DNA from: Squalus acanthias
Lineage: Eukaryota
Assembly: GCA_030390025.1 (NCBI GenBank)
Contig: JASTWF010000033.1
Location: 4,218,001-4,282,000, forward strand
Length of the DNA: 64,000 nt
Reading direction: 5' to 3'
Each line of letters begins with the position of its first letter. Within the stretch, counting starts at the first letter, position 1. The notes below the pieces were generated by a model. It was not told the DNA's origin. It searched no databases and worked only from the letters and a program-made list of their open reading frames with translations. Of the stretch, positions 1 through 12,468 are shown piece by piece. A program made the position numbers and the translations under genes.

Positions 1-3000
1 TCTGAATGGAGCTGTCTGTGTCTGTGAATTGAGCTTTCAGTATCTGTAAATGGAGCTGTTTGGGTCTTTGAATACAGCTGCCTGTTTCCGTGAATGGAAC
101 TGTCTGTGATGTGAATGGAGCTGTCTGGGTCTGTGAATGGAGCTGTCTGAGTCTGTAAATATAGCTGTCTGTATCTGTGAATGGAACTGTCTGTGTCTTT
201 GAATGAGCTGTCTGGATCTGTGAAATGTGTTGTCTGTGTCTAAAAATGGAGTTGTCTTGGTCTGTGAATAGAGTTGTCTGACGTTGTTAATGGAGCTGAA
301 TGGGTCTGTGACCTGAGCTTTCAGAGTCTTTGAAGTCAGCCGTCTGGATCTTTGAATGGAGCTGTCGGTGTGTCTGAAATGAGCTTTTTGAGTTTCTGAA
401 TACAGATGTCTGGGTCTGTCAAATTAATTGTCTAAATCTGTTCGTGAAATGAGCTGTCTGTTTTTTTTCAAATTTGCTTTCCATGTCTGTGAATGTTGGT
501 GTCTGAGTCTGTGAATGGATCTGTCTAGGTCAGTGAATGGAGCTGTCTGAGACTGTGAATGGAGCTGTCTGAGTCTGTGAATGGAGCTATCTGGGTCTGT
601 GAATGGAGCTGTCTGGGTTTCTGAATGGAACTGTCTGGGTCTGTGAATGGAGCTGTCTGAGTCAGTGAATGGAGCTGTCTGTGTCTGTGAATGGAGCTGT
701 CTGAGTCTGTGAATGGAGCTGCCTGGGTCTGTGAATGAAGGTGTCTGGGTCTGTGAATGGAGCTGTCTGAGTCTGTGAATGGAGCTGTCTGGGTCTGTGA
801 ATGGAGCTGTCTGGGTCTGTGAATGGTGCTGTCTGTGTCTGTGAATGGAGCTGTCTGGGTCTGTGAATGGAGCTGTCTGGGTCTGTGAATGGAGCTGTCT
901 GGGTCTGTGAATGGATCTGTCTGGGTCTGTGAATGAATCTTTCTGGGTCTGTGAATAGAGCTGTCTGGATCTGTGAATGGAGCTGTCTGGGTCTGTGAAT
1001 GGTGCTGTCTGAGTCTGTGAATGGAGCTGTCTGGGTCTGTGAATGGAGCTGTCTGGGTCTTTGAATGGAGCTGTCTGGGTCTGTGAATGGATCTGTCTGG
1101 GTCTGTGAATGGATCTTTCTGGGTCTGTGAATAGAGCTGTCTGGATCTGTGAATGGAGCTGTCTGGGTCTGTGAATGGAGCTGTCTGAATCTGTAATTGG
1201 AGCTGTCTGGGTCTGTAAATGGAGCTGTTTGGGTCTGTGAATGGAGCTGTCTGAGTCTGTGAATGGAACTGTCTGGGTCCGTGAATGGAGCTGCCTGGGT
1301 CTTTGAATAGAGCTGTCTGGGTCTGTGAATGGAGCTGTCTGAATCTGTAAATGGTGCTGTCTGTGTCTGTGACTGGAGCTGTCTGTGTCTGTGAATGAAC
1401 TGTCTGGGTCTGTTATTGGAGCTGTTTGAGTCTGTGAATGGAGCTGTCTGTGTCTGTGAATGGAGCTGTCTGAGTCTGTGAATGGAGCTGTCTGGGTCTG
1501 TGAATGGAGCTGTCTGGGTCTGTGAATGGTGCTGTCTGAGTCTGTGAATGGAGCTGTCTGGGTCTGTGAATGGAGCTGTCTGGGTCTGTGAATGGTGCTG
1601 TCTGAGTCTGTGAATGGAGCTGTCTGGGTCTGTGAATGGAGCGGTCTGGGTCTGTGAATGGAGCTGTCTGGGTCTGTGAATGGATCTGTCTGGGTCTGTG
1701 AATGGATCTTTCTGGGTCTGTGAATAGAGCTGTCTGGATCTGTGAAATAAACTTTCGGAGTCTGTGAATGGAGCTGTCTGAGTCTCTGAAATGAACTTTC
1801 TGAGTCTGTAAATGGAGCAATCTGGGTCTGTAAATGGAGCTGTTTGGGTCTGTGAATGGAGCTGTCTGGGTCTGTGAATGGAGCTGTCTGAATCTGTAAT
1901 TGGAGCTGTCTGGGTCTGTAAATGGAGCTGTTTTGGTCTGTGAATGGAGCTGTCTGTGTCTGTGAATGGAGCTGACTGTGTCTGTGAATGGAGCTGTCTG
2001 AGTCTGTGAATGGAGCCATCTGTGCCTGTGAATGAGCTATCTGGGTCTGCGAATGTAGCTGTCTGGGTCTGTGAATGGAGCCATATGTGTCTGTGAATGA
2101 GCTGTCTGGGTCTGTAAATGGAGCTGTTTGGGTCTGTGAATGGTGCTGTCTCTGTCTGTGAATGGAGCTGTTTGTTCTCTGAATGGAGCTTTCTGAGTCT
2201 GTGAATGGAGCTGTCTGAGTCTGTGAATGGAGCTGTCTGGGTCTGTGAATGGAGTTGCCTGAGTCTGTGAATGGAGTTGTTTGGGTTTGTGAATGGAACT
2301 GTTTGGGTCTGTGAATGGAGCTGTCTGGGCCTGTGAATGGAGCTGTCTGAGTCTGTGAATGGAACTGTCTGGGTCCGTGAATGGAGCTGCCTGGGTCTGT
2401 GAATAGAGCTGTCTGGGTCTGTGAATGGAGCTGTCTGAATCTGTAAATGGTTCTGTCTGGGTCTGTGAATGGAGCTGTCTGGATCTGTAAATGGTGCTGT
2501 CTGAGTCTGTGAATGGAGCTCTCTGATTCTGAGAATGGAGCTTTCTGAGTCTGTAAATGGAGATGTCTGGATCTGTTAATGGAGCTGTTTGGGTCCTTGA
2601 ATGGAGCTGTCTGTGTCTGTGACTGGAGCTGTCTGTGTCTGTGAATGAACTGTCTGGGTCTGTAAATGGAGCTGTCTGGATCTGTGAATGGCACTGTCTG
2701 TGTCTGTGAATGAGCTGTCTTTGATCTGTGAAATGTGCTTTCTGGGTCTGAAAATGCTGTTCTCTGGGTCTGTGAATAGAGCTGTCTGACGTTGTTAATG
2801 GAGCTGTCTGGGTCTGTGACCTGAGCTTTCAGAGTCTTTGAAGTCAGCCGTCTGTATCTTTGAATGGAGCAGCATGAGTGTCTGAAATGAGCTTTTTGAA
2901 TTTCTGAATGGAGATGTCTGGGTCTGTCAAATGAATTGTCTGAATCTGTTCGTGAAATGAGCTGTCTGTTTTTTTCAAATTAGCTATCCATGTCTGTGAA

Positions 3001-6000
3001 TGTTGCTGTCTGAGTCTGTAAATGAAACTGTCTTGATCTGTGAATGGAGCTGTCTGGGTCTGTGAATGGAACTGTCTTGGTCTGTGAATGGAGCTGTCTG
3101 AGTCTGTGAATGGAGCTGTCTGGGTCTCGGAATGGAACTGTCTGGGTCTGTGAATGGAGCTGACTGAGTATGTGAATGGAGCTGTTTGAGTCTCTGAATG
3201 GAACTGTCTGTGTCTGTGAATGGTGCTATCTAGATCTCTGAAATGAACTTTGAGTCTGTAAATGGAGCTGTCTAGGTCTGCAAATGGAGCTGTTTGGGTC
3301 TGTGAATGGAGCTGTCTGGGTCTGTGAATGGAGCTGTCTGAGTCTGTAAATGGAGCTGTCTTGGTCTGTAAATGGAGCTGTTTGGGTCTGTGAATGGAGC
3401 TGTCTGAGTCTGTGAATGGAGCTGTCTGAGTCTGTGAATGGAGCTGTCTGTGTCTGTAAATGGAGCTGTTTGGGTCTGTAAATGGAGCTGTCTGGGTCTG
3501 TGAATGGAGCTGCCAGAGTATGTAAATGGAGCTGACTCGGTCTGTGAATGCAGCTTTCTGGGTCTGTGAAAGAAGCTGTCTAGGTCTGTGAATGGAGCTG
3601 TCTATGTCTGTGAATGGAGCTGCCAGAGTCTGTAAATGGAGCTGTCTGTGTCTGTGAATGCAGATGTCTGGGTCTGTGAATGGAGCTATCTGTATCTGTG
3701 AATGGAGCTGTCTGAGTCTCTGAATGGGGATGTCTAGTTCTGTGAATGGAGCTGTCTGGGTCTGTGACAGAAGCTGTCTTGGTCTGTGAATGGATCTGTC
3801 TGGGTCTGTGAATGGAGCTATCTTGGTCTGTGAATGGAGCTGCGAGAGTATGTGAATGGAGCTGTCTGGGTCTGTGAAATTAGCTTTCTGGGTCTGTGAT
3901 TGGCATTGTCTGGGTCTGTGAATGCATCGTTCTGGGTCTGTGAATGGAGCTGTCTGGGTCTGTGAATTGTGATGTCAGAGTCTGTGAATTGAGCTGACTG
4001 AGTCTGTGCAATGAGTTGTCTGAGTCTGTGAATGGAGCTGCATGCGTCTGTGAATTGAGCTTTCTGGGTCTGTAAATGGAGCTGTCTGGGTCTGTAAATG
4101 TAGGTGTTTGGGTATGTAAATGGAGCTGTTTGAGTCTCTGATGGAGCTGTCTGTGTCTGTGAATAGAGCTGTCTGGATCTGTGAAATAAACTTTCGGAGT
4201 CTGTGAATGGAGCTGTCTGAGTCTGTGAATGGAGCTGTCTGGGTCTGAAAATGGAGCTGTTTGGGTCTGTGAATGGAGCTGTCTGTGTCTGTGAATGGAG
4301 CTGTCTGAGTTTGAGAATGGAGCTGTCTGGGTCTGTAAATGGAGCTGTTTGGGTCTGTGAATGGAGCTGTCTGTGCCTGTGAATGAGCTGTCCGGGTCTG
4401 TGAATGTAGCTGTCTGGGTCTGTGAATGGAGCCATATGTGTCTGTGAATAAGCTGTCTGGGTCTGTAAATGGAGCTGTTTGGGTCTGTGAATGGTGCTGT
4501 CTCTGTCTGTGAATGGAGCTGTTTATTCTCTGAATGGAGCTTTCTGAGTCTGTGAATGGAGCTGTCTGGGTCTGTGAATGGAGTTGTCTGAGTCTGTGAA
4601 TGGAATTGTTCGGGTCTGTGAATGGAGCTGTCTGGGCCTGTGAATGGAGCTGTCTGGTTCTGTGAATGGAGCTGTCTGGGTCTGTGATTGGCATTGTCTG
4701 GGTCTGTGAATGCATCTTTCTGGGTCTGTGAATGGAGCTGTCTGGGTCTGTGCAATGAGTTGTCTGAGTCTGTGAATGGAGCTGCATGGGTCTGTGAATT
4801 GAGCTTTCTGGGTCTGTAAATGAAGCTGTCTGGGTCTGTAAATGTAGGTGTTTGGGTATGTAAATGGAGCTGTTTGAGTCTCTGATGGAGCTGTCTGTGT
4901 CTGTGAATGGAGCTGTCTGGGTCTGTGCAATGAGTTGTCTGAGTCTGTGAATGGAGCTGTCTGAATCTGTAAATGGTGCTGTCTGGGTCTGTGAATGGAG
5001 CTGTCTCGATCTGTAAATGGTGCTGTCTGAGTCTGTGAATGGAGCTCTCTGATTCTGAGAATGGAGCTTTCTGAGTCTGTAAATGGAGATGTCTGGATCT
5101 GTTAATGGAGCTGTTTGGGTCCTTGAATGGAGCTGTCTGTGTCTGTGACTGGAGCTGTCTGGATCTGTGAATGGAGCTGCCTGTGTCTGTGAATGAACTG
5201 TCTGGGTCTGTGATTGGAGCTGTTTGAGTCTGTGAATGGAGGTATCTGTGTCTGTGGATGAGCTGTCTGGGACTGTAAATTGCGCTGTCTGGGTCTGTGA
5301 ATGGAGCTGTCTGAGTCTGTGAATGGAGCTGTCTGGGTCTCTGAATGGAACTGTCTGGGTCTGTGAATGGAGCTGACTGAGTCTGTGAATGGAGCTGTCT
5401 GTGTCTGTAAATGGAGCTGTTTGGGTCTGTAAATGGAGCTGTCTGGGTCTGTGAATGGAGCTGCCAGAGTATGTAAATGGAGCTGACTCGGTCTGTGAAT
5501 GGAGCTGTCTGGGTCTGTGAAAGAAGCTGTCTAGGTCTGTGAATGGAGCTGTCTATGTCTGTGAATGGAGCTGTTTGGGTCTGTGAATGGAGCTGTCTGA
5601 ATCTGTAAATGGTGCTGTCTGGGTCTGTGAATGGAGCTGTCTGGATCTGTAAATGGTGCTGTCTGAGTCTGTGAATGGAGCTCTCTGATTCTGAGAATGG
5701 AGCTTTCTGAGTCTGTAAATGGAGATGTCTGGATCTGTTAATGGAGCTGTTTGGGTCCTTGAATGGAGCTGTCTGTGTCTGTGACTGGAGCTGTCTGGAT
5801 CTGTGAATGGAGCTGCCTGTGTCTGTGAATGAACTGTCTGGGTCTGTGATTGGAGCTGTTTGAGTCTGTGAATGGAGGTATCTGTGTCTGTGGATGAGCT
5901 GTCTGGGACTGTAAATTGCGCTGTCTGGGTCTGTGAATGGAGCTGTCTGAGTCTGTGAATGGAGCTGTCTGGGTCTCTGAATGGAACTGTCTGGGTCTGT

Positions 6001-8162
6001 GAATGGAGCTGACTGAGTCTGTGAATGGAGCTGTCTGAGTCTGTGAATGGAGCTGTCTGTGTCTGTAAATGGAGCTGTTTGGGTCTGTAAATGGAGCTGT
6101 CTGGGTCTGTGAATGGAGCTGCCAGAGTATGTAAATGGAGCTGACTCGGTCTGTGAATGGAGCTGTCTGGGTCTGTGAAAGAAGCTGTCTAGGTCTGTGA
6201 ATGGAGCTGTCTATGTCCGTGAATGGAGCTGTTTGGGTCTGTGAATGGAGCTGTCTGGGTCTGTGAATGGAGCTGTCTGAGTCTGTAAATGGAGCTGTCT
6301 TGGTCTGTAAATGGAGCTGTTTGGGTCTGTGAATGGAGCTATCTTGGTCTGTGAATGGAGCTGCGAGAGTATGTGAATGGAGCTGTCTGGGTCTGTGAAA
6401 TTAGCTTTCTGGGTCTGTGATTGGCATTGTCTGGGTCTGTGAATGCATCTTTCTGGGTCTGTGAATGGAGCTGTCTGGGTCTGTGCAATGAGTTGTCTGA
6501 GTCTGTGAATGGAGCTGCATGGGTCTGTGAATTGAGCTTTCTGGGTCTGTAAATGGAGCTGTCTGGGTCTGTAAATGTAGGTGTTTGGGTATGTAAATGG
6601 AGCTGTTTGAGTCTCTGATGGAGCTGTCTGTGTCTGTGAATGGAGCTGTCTGGGTCTGTGCAATGAGTTGTCTGAGTCTGTGAATGGAGCTGTCTGAATC
6701 TGTAAATGGTGCTGTCTGGGTCTGTGAATGGAGCTGTCTGGATCTGTAAATGGCGCTGTCTGAGTCTGTGAATGGAGCTCTCTGATTCTGAGAATGGAGC
6801 TTTCTGAGTCTGTAAATGGAGATGTCTGGATCTGTTAATGGAGCTGTTTGGGTCCTTGAATGGAGCTGTCTGTGTCTGTGACTGGAGCTGTCTGGATCTG
6901 TGAATGGAGCTGCCTGTGTCTGTGAATGAACTGTCTGGGTCTGTGATTGGAGCTGTTTGAGTCTGTGAATGGAGGTATCTGTGTCTGTGGATGAGCTGTC
7001 TGGGACTGTAAATTGCGCTGTCTGGGTCTGTGAATGGAGCTGTCTGAGTCTGTGAATGGAGCTGTCTGGGTCTCTGAATGGAACTGTCTGGGTCTGTGAA
7101 TGGAGCTGACTGAGTCTGTGAATGGAGCTGTCTGAGTCTGTGAATGGAGCTGTCTGTGTCTGTAAATGGAGCTGTTTGGGTCTGTAAATGGAGCTGTCTG
7201 GGTCTGTGAATGGAGCTGACTCGGTCTGTGAATGGAGCTGTCTGGGTCTGTGAAAGAAGCTGTCTAGGTCTGTGAATGGAGCTGTCTATGTCTGTGAATG
7301 GAGCTGTTTGGGTCTGTGAATGGAGCTGTCTGGGTCTGTGAATGGAGCTGTCTGAGTCTGTAAATGGAGCTGTCTTGGTCTGTAAATGGAGCTGTTTGGG
7401 TCTGTGAATGGAGCTATCTTGGTCTGTGAATGGAGCTGCGAGAGTATGTGAATGGAGCTGTCTGGGTCTGTGAAATTAGCTTTCTGGGTCTGTGATTGGC
7501 ATTGTCTGGTTCTGTGAATGCATCTTTCTGGGTCTGTGAATGGAGCTGTCTGGGTCTGTGCAATGAGTTGTCTGAGTCTGTGAATGGAGCTGCATGGGTC
7601 TGTGAATTGAGCTTTCTGGGTCTGTAAATGGAGCTGTCTGGGTCTGTAAATGTAGGTGTTTGGGTATGTAAATGGAGCTGTTTGAGTCTCTGATGGAGCT
7701 GTCTGTGTCTGTGAATGGAGCTGCCAGTGTCTGTAAATGGAGCTGACTCGGTATGTGAATGGAGCTGTCTGGGTCTGTGAAAGAAGCTGTCTGGGTCTGT
7801 GAATCGAGCGGTCTGGATTTGTGAATGGAACTGTCTGTGTCTGTGAATGCAGCTGTCTGGGTCTGTGAATGGTGCTGTCTATGTCTGTGAATGGAGCTGC
7901 GAGAGTCTGTGAATGGAGCTGTCTGTGTCTGTGAATGGAGCTGTCTGTGTCTGTGAATTGAGCTGTCTGAGTCTGTGAATGGATCTGTCTGTGTCTGTGA
8001 ATGGAGCTGTCTGGATCTGTGAAATGAACATTCAGAGTCTGTGAATGGAGCTGTCTGGGTCTGTGAATGGAACTGTCTGTGTCTGTGAATGTTGCTATCT
8101 AGCTCTCTGAAATGAACTTTCTGATTCTGTGAATGGAGCTCTCTGAATCTGTGAATGAATCT

Positions 8163-8254
8163 AACAACAGAAAACGCTGGAAAACTCTGCAGGCCAGGCA
8201 CAATCCGTGGAGAGAGAAACAGAGTTAACGTTTCCGGTCGAAGACCTATCGTCA
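8163..8254 (-). mobile_element. ~92-bp Penelope-like terminal fragment with partial hammerhead motif inserted in satellite (copy 1)
   Basis: Non-satellite sequence AACAACAGAAAACGCTGG...GAGTTAACGTTTCCGGTCGAAGACCTATCGTCA, homologous to 36101-36190 at the end of the Penelope-like element. Confidence 0.75.
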
Positions 8255-11200
8255 ATGGAGCTGTCTGGGTCTGTAAATGGAGCTGTCTGGGTCTGTAAAT
8301 GGAGCTGCTTTGGTCGATGTAATCAGGTGTCTGTGTCTTTGAATGGAGCTGTCTGGATCTGTGAAATGTGCTGTCTGTGTCTGTGAAATCAGCTGCCTGG
8401 GTCCGTGAATGAAGCTGACTGAGTCTGTGAATGGAGCTGTCTGGGTCTGTGAATGGAGCTGTCTGGGTCTGTAAATGGAGCTGTCTGAGTCTGTGAATCG
8501 AGCTGTCTGAGTCTGTGAATGGAGCTGTCTGGGTCTGTGAATGGAGCTGTCTGTGTCTGTGAATGGAGCTGTCTGGGTCTGTGAATGGAGCTGTCAGGGT
8601 CTGTGAATGGAGCTGTCTGGGTCTGTGAATGGAGCTGACTGAGTCTGTGAATGGTGATGTTTGGGTCTGTGAATGGAGCCATCTGTGTCTGTGAATGAGC
8701 TGTCTGGATCTGTGAATGGAGCTGTCTGGGTCTGTAAATGGAGCTGTCTGGCTCTGTGAATGGAACTCTCTGTGTCTGTGAATGAGCTGTCTGGATCTGT
8801 GAAATGTGCTGTCTGGGTCTGAAAATGGAGTTGTCTGTGTCTGTGGCCTGAGCTTTCAGATTCTTTGAAGTCAGCCATCTGGATCTTTTAATGGAGCTGT
8901 CTGAGTGTCTGAAATGAGCTTTCTGAGTCTCTGAATGGAGATGTCTGTGTCTGTCAAATGAATTGTCTGAATCTGTTCGTGAAATGAGCTGTCTGTTTTT
9001 TTCAAATAAGCTTTCCATGTCTGTGAATGGAGCTGTCTGGGTTTGTGAATGGTGTTGTCTTGGTCTGTGAATGGATCAGTCTGAGTCTGTGAATGGATCT
9101 GTCTGGGTCTGTGAATGGAGCTGTCTGGGTCTGTGACTGGAGCTGTCTGAGTCTGTGAATGGAGTTGTCTGGGTCGGTGAATCGAGCTGTCTGAGTCTGT
9201 GAATGGAGCTGTCTGAGTCTGTGAATGGAGCTGTCTGTGTCTGTGAATGGAGCTGTCTGGGTCTTTGAATGAAGCTGTCTGGGCCTGTGAATGGAGCTGT
9301 CTGGGTCTGTGAATGGAGCTGACTGGGTCTGTAAATGGAGCTGTCTGGCTCTGTGAATGGAACTCTCTGTGTCTGTGAATGAGCTGTCTGGATCTGTGAA
9401 ATGTGCTGTCTGGGTCTGAAAATGGAGTTGTCTGGGTCTGTGAATAGAGCTGCCTGACGTTGTTAATGGAGCTGTCTGGGTCTGTGACCTGAGCTTTCAG
9501 AGTCTTTGAAGTCAGCCATCTGGATCTTTGAATGGAGCTGTCTGAGTGTCTGATATGAGCTTTCTGAGTCTCTGAATGGAGATGTCTTTGTCTGTCAAAT
9601 GAATTGTCTGAATCTGTTCGTGAAATGAGCTGTCTGTTTTTTTCAAATTAGCTATCCATGTCGGTGAATGTTGCTGTCTGAGTCTGTGAATGGATGTGTC
9701 TGTGTCTGTGAATGGACCTGTCTGAGTCTGTGAATGGAGCTGTCTGAGTCTGTAAATGAAACTGTCTTGGTCTGTGATTGGAGCTGTCTGAGTCTGTGAA
9801 TGGAGCTGTCTGGGTCTGTGAATGGAGCTATCTGGGTCTGTGAATGGAGCTGTCTGGGTCTCTGAATGAAACTGTCTTGGTCTCTGAATGGAGCTGTCTG
9901 AGTCCGTGAATGGAGCTGTCTGGGTCTCTGAATGGAACTGTCTGGGTCTGTGAATGGAGCTGACTGAGTCTGTGAATGGAGCTGTTTGAGTCTGTGAATG
10001 GAGCTGTCTGTGTCTGTAAATGGAGCTGTCTAGGTCTGTAAATGGAGCTGTTTGGGTCTGTGAATGGAGCTGTCTGGGTCTGTGAATGGAGCTGTCTGAG
10101 TCTGTAAATGGAGCTGTCTTGGTCTGTAAATGGAGCTGTTTGGGTCTGTGAATGGAGCTGTCTGAGTCTGTGAATGGAGCTGTCTGAGTCTGTGAATGGA
10201 GCTGTCTGTGTCTGTAAATGGAGCTGTTTGGGTCTGTAAATGGAGCTGTCTGGGTCTGTGAATGGAGCTGCCAGAGTATGTAAATGGAGCTGACTCGGTC
10301 TGTGAATGGAGCTTTCTGGGTCTGTGAAAGAAGCTGTCTAGGTCTGTGAATGGAGCTGTCTATGTCTGTGAATGCAGATGTCTGGGTCTGTGAATGGAGC
10401 TATCTGTATCTGTGAATGGAGCTGTCTGAGTCTCTGAATGGGGATGTCTAGTTCTGTGAATGGAGCTGTCTGGGTCTGTGACAGAAGCTGTCTTGGTCTG
10501 TGAATGGATCTGTCTGTGTCTGTGAATGGAGCTATCTTGGTCTGTGAATGGAGCTGCGAGAGTATGTGAATGGAGCTGTCTGGGTCTGTGAAATTAGCTT
10601 TCTGGGTCTGTGATTGGCATTGTCTGGGTCTGTGAATGCATCGTTCTGGGTCTGTGAATGGAGCTGTCTGGGTCTGTGAATTGTGATGTCAGAGTCTGTG
10701 AATTGAGCTGACTGAGTCTGTGAATGGAGCTGCATGGGTCTGTAAATGGAGCTGTCTGGGTCTGTAAATGTAGGTGTTTGGGTATGTAAATGGAGCTGTT
10801 TGAGTCTCTGATGGAGCTGTCTGTGTCTGTGAATGGAGCTGTCTGGGTCTGTGCAATGAGTTGTCTGAGTCTGTGAATGGAGCTGTCTGAATCTGTAAAT
10901 GGTGCTGTCTGGGTCTGTGAATGGAGCTGTCTGGATCTGTAAATGGTGCTGTCTGAGTCTGTGAATGGAGCTCTCTGATTCTGAGAATGGAGCTTTCTGA
11001 GTCTGTAAATGGAGATGTCTGGATCTGTTAATAGAGCTGTTTGGGTCCTTGAATGGAGCTGTCTGTGTCTGTGACTGGAGCTGTCTGGATCTGTGAATGG
11101 AGCTGCCTGTGTCTGTGAATGAACTGTCTGGGTCTGTGATTGGAGCTGTTTGAGTCTGTGAATGGAGGTATCTGTGTCTGTGGATGAGCTGTCTGGGACT

Positions 11201-12376
11201 GTAAATTGCGCTGTCTGGGTCTGTGAATGGAGCTGTCTGAGTCTGTGAATGGAGCTGTCTGGGTCTCTGAATGGAACTGTCTGGGTCTGTGAATGGAGCT
11301 GACTGAGTCTGTGAATGGAGCTGTCTGAGTCTGTGAATGGAGCTGTCTGTGTCTGTAAATGGAGCTGTTTGGGTCTGTAAATGGAGCTGTCTGGGTCTGT
11401 GAATGGAGCTGCCAGAGTATGTAAATGGAGCTGACTCGGTCTGTGAATGGAGCTGTCTGGGTCTGTGAAAGAAGCTGTCTAGGTCTGTGAATGGAGCTGT
11501 CTATGTCTGTGAATGGAGCTGTTTGGGTCTGTGAATGGAGCTGTCTGGGTCTGTGAATGGAGCTGTCTGAGTCTGTAAATGGAGCTGTCTTGGTCTGTAA
11601 ATGGAGCTGTTTGGGTCTGTGAATGGAGCTATCTTGGTCTGTGAATGGAGCTGCGAGAGTATGTGAATGGAGCTGTCTGGGTCTGTGAAATTAGCTTTCT
11701 GGGTCTGTGATTGGCATTGTCTGGGTCTGTGAATGCATCTTTCTGGGTCTGTGAATGGAGCTGTCTGGGTCTGTGCAATGAGTTGTCTGAGTCTGTGAAT
11801 GGAGCTGCATGGGTCTGTGAATTGAGCTTTCTGGGTCTGTAAATGGAGCTGTCTGGTCTGTAAATGTAGGTGTTTGGGTATGTAAATGGAGCTGTTTGAG
11901 TCTCTGATGGAGCTGTCTGTGTCTGTGAATGGAGCTGCCAGTGTCTGTAAATGGAGCTGACTCGGTATGTGAATGGAGCTGTCTGGGTCTGTGAAAGAAG
12001 CTGTCTGGGTCTGTGAATCGAGCTGTCTGGATTTGTGAATGGAACTGTCTGTGTCTGTGAATGCAGCTGTCTGGGTCTGTGAATGGTGCTGTCTATGTCT
12101 GTGAATGGAGCTGCGAGAGTCTGTGAATGGAGCTGTCTGTGTCTGTGAATGGAGCTGTCTGTGTCTGTGAATTGAGCTGTCTGAGTCTGTGAATGGATCT
12201 GTCTGTGTCTGTGAATGGAGCTGTCTGGATCTGTGAAATGAACATTCAGAGTCTGTGAATGGAGCTGTCTGGGTCTGTGAATGGAACTGTCTGTGTCTGT
12301 GAATGTTGCTATCTAGCTCTCTGAAATGAACTTTCTGATTCTGTGAATGGAGCTCTCTGAATCTGTGAATGAATCT

Positions 12377-12468
12377 AACAACAGAAAACGCTGGAAAACT
12401 CTGCAGGCCAGGCACAATCCGTGGAGAGAGAAACAGAGTTAACGTTTCCGGTCGAAGACCTATCGTCA
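12377..12468 (-). mobile_element. Second copy of the Penelope-like terminal fragment in the satellite
   Basis: Same sequence as 8163-8254 with the same flanking monomers, offset 4214 bp. Confidence 0.75.
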
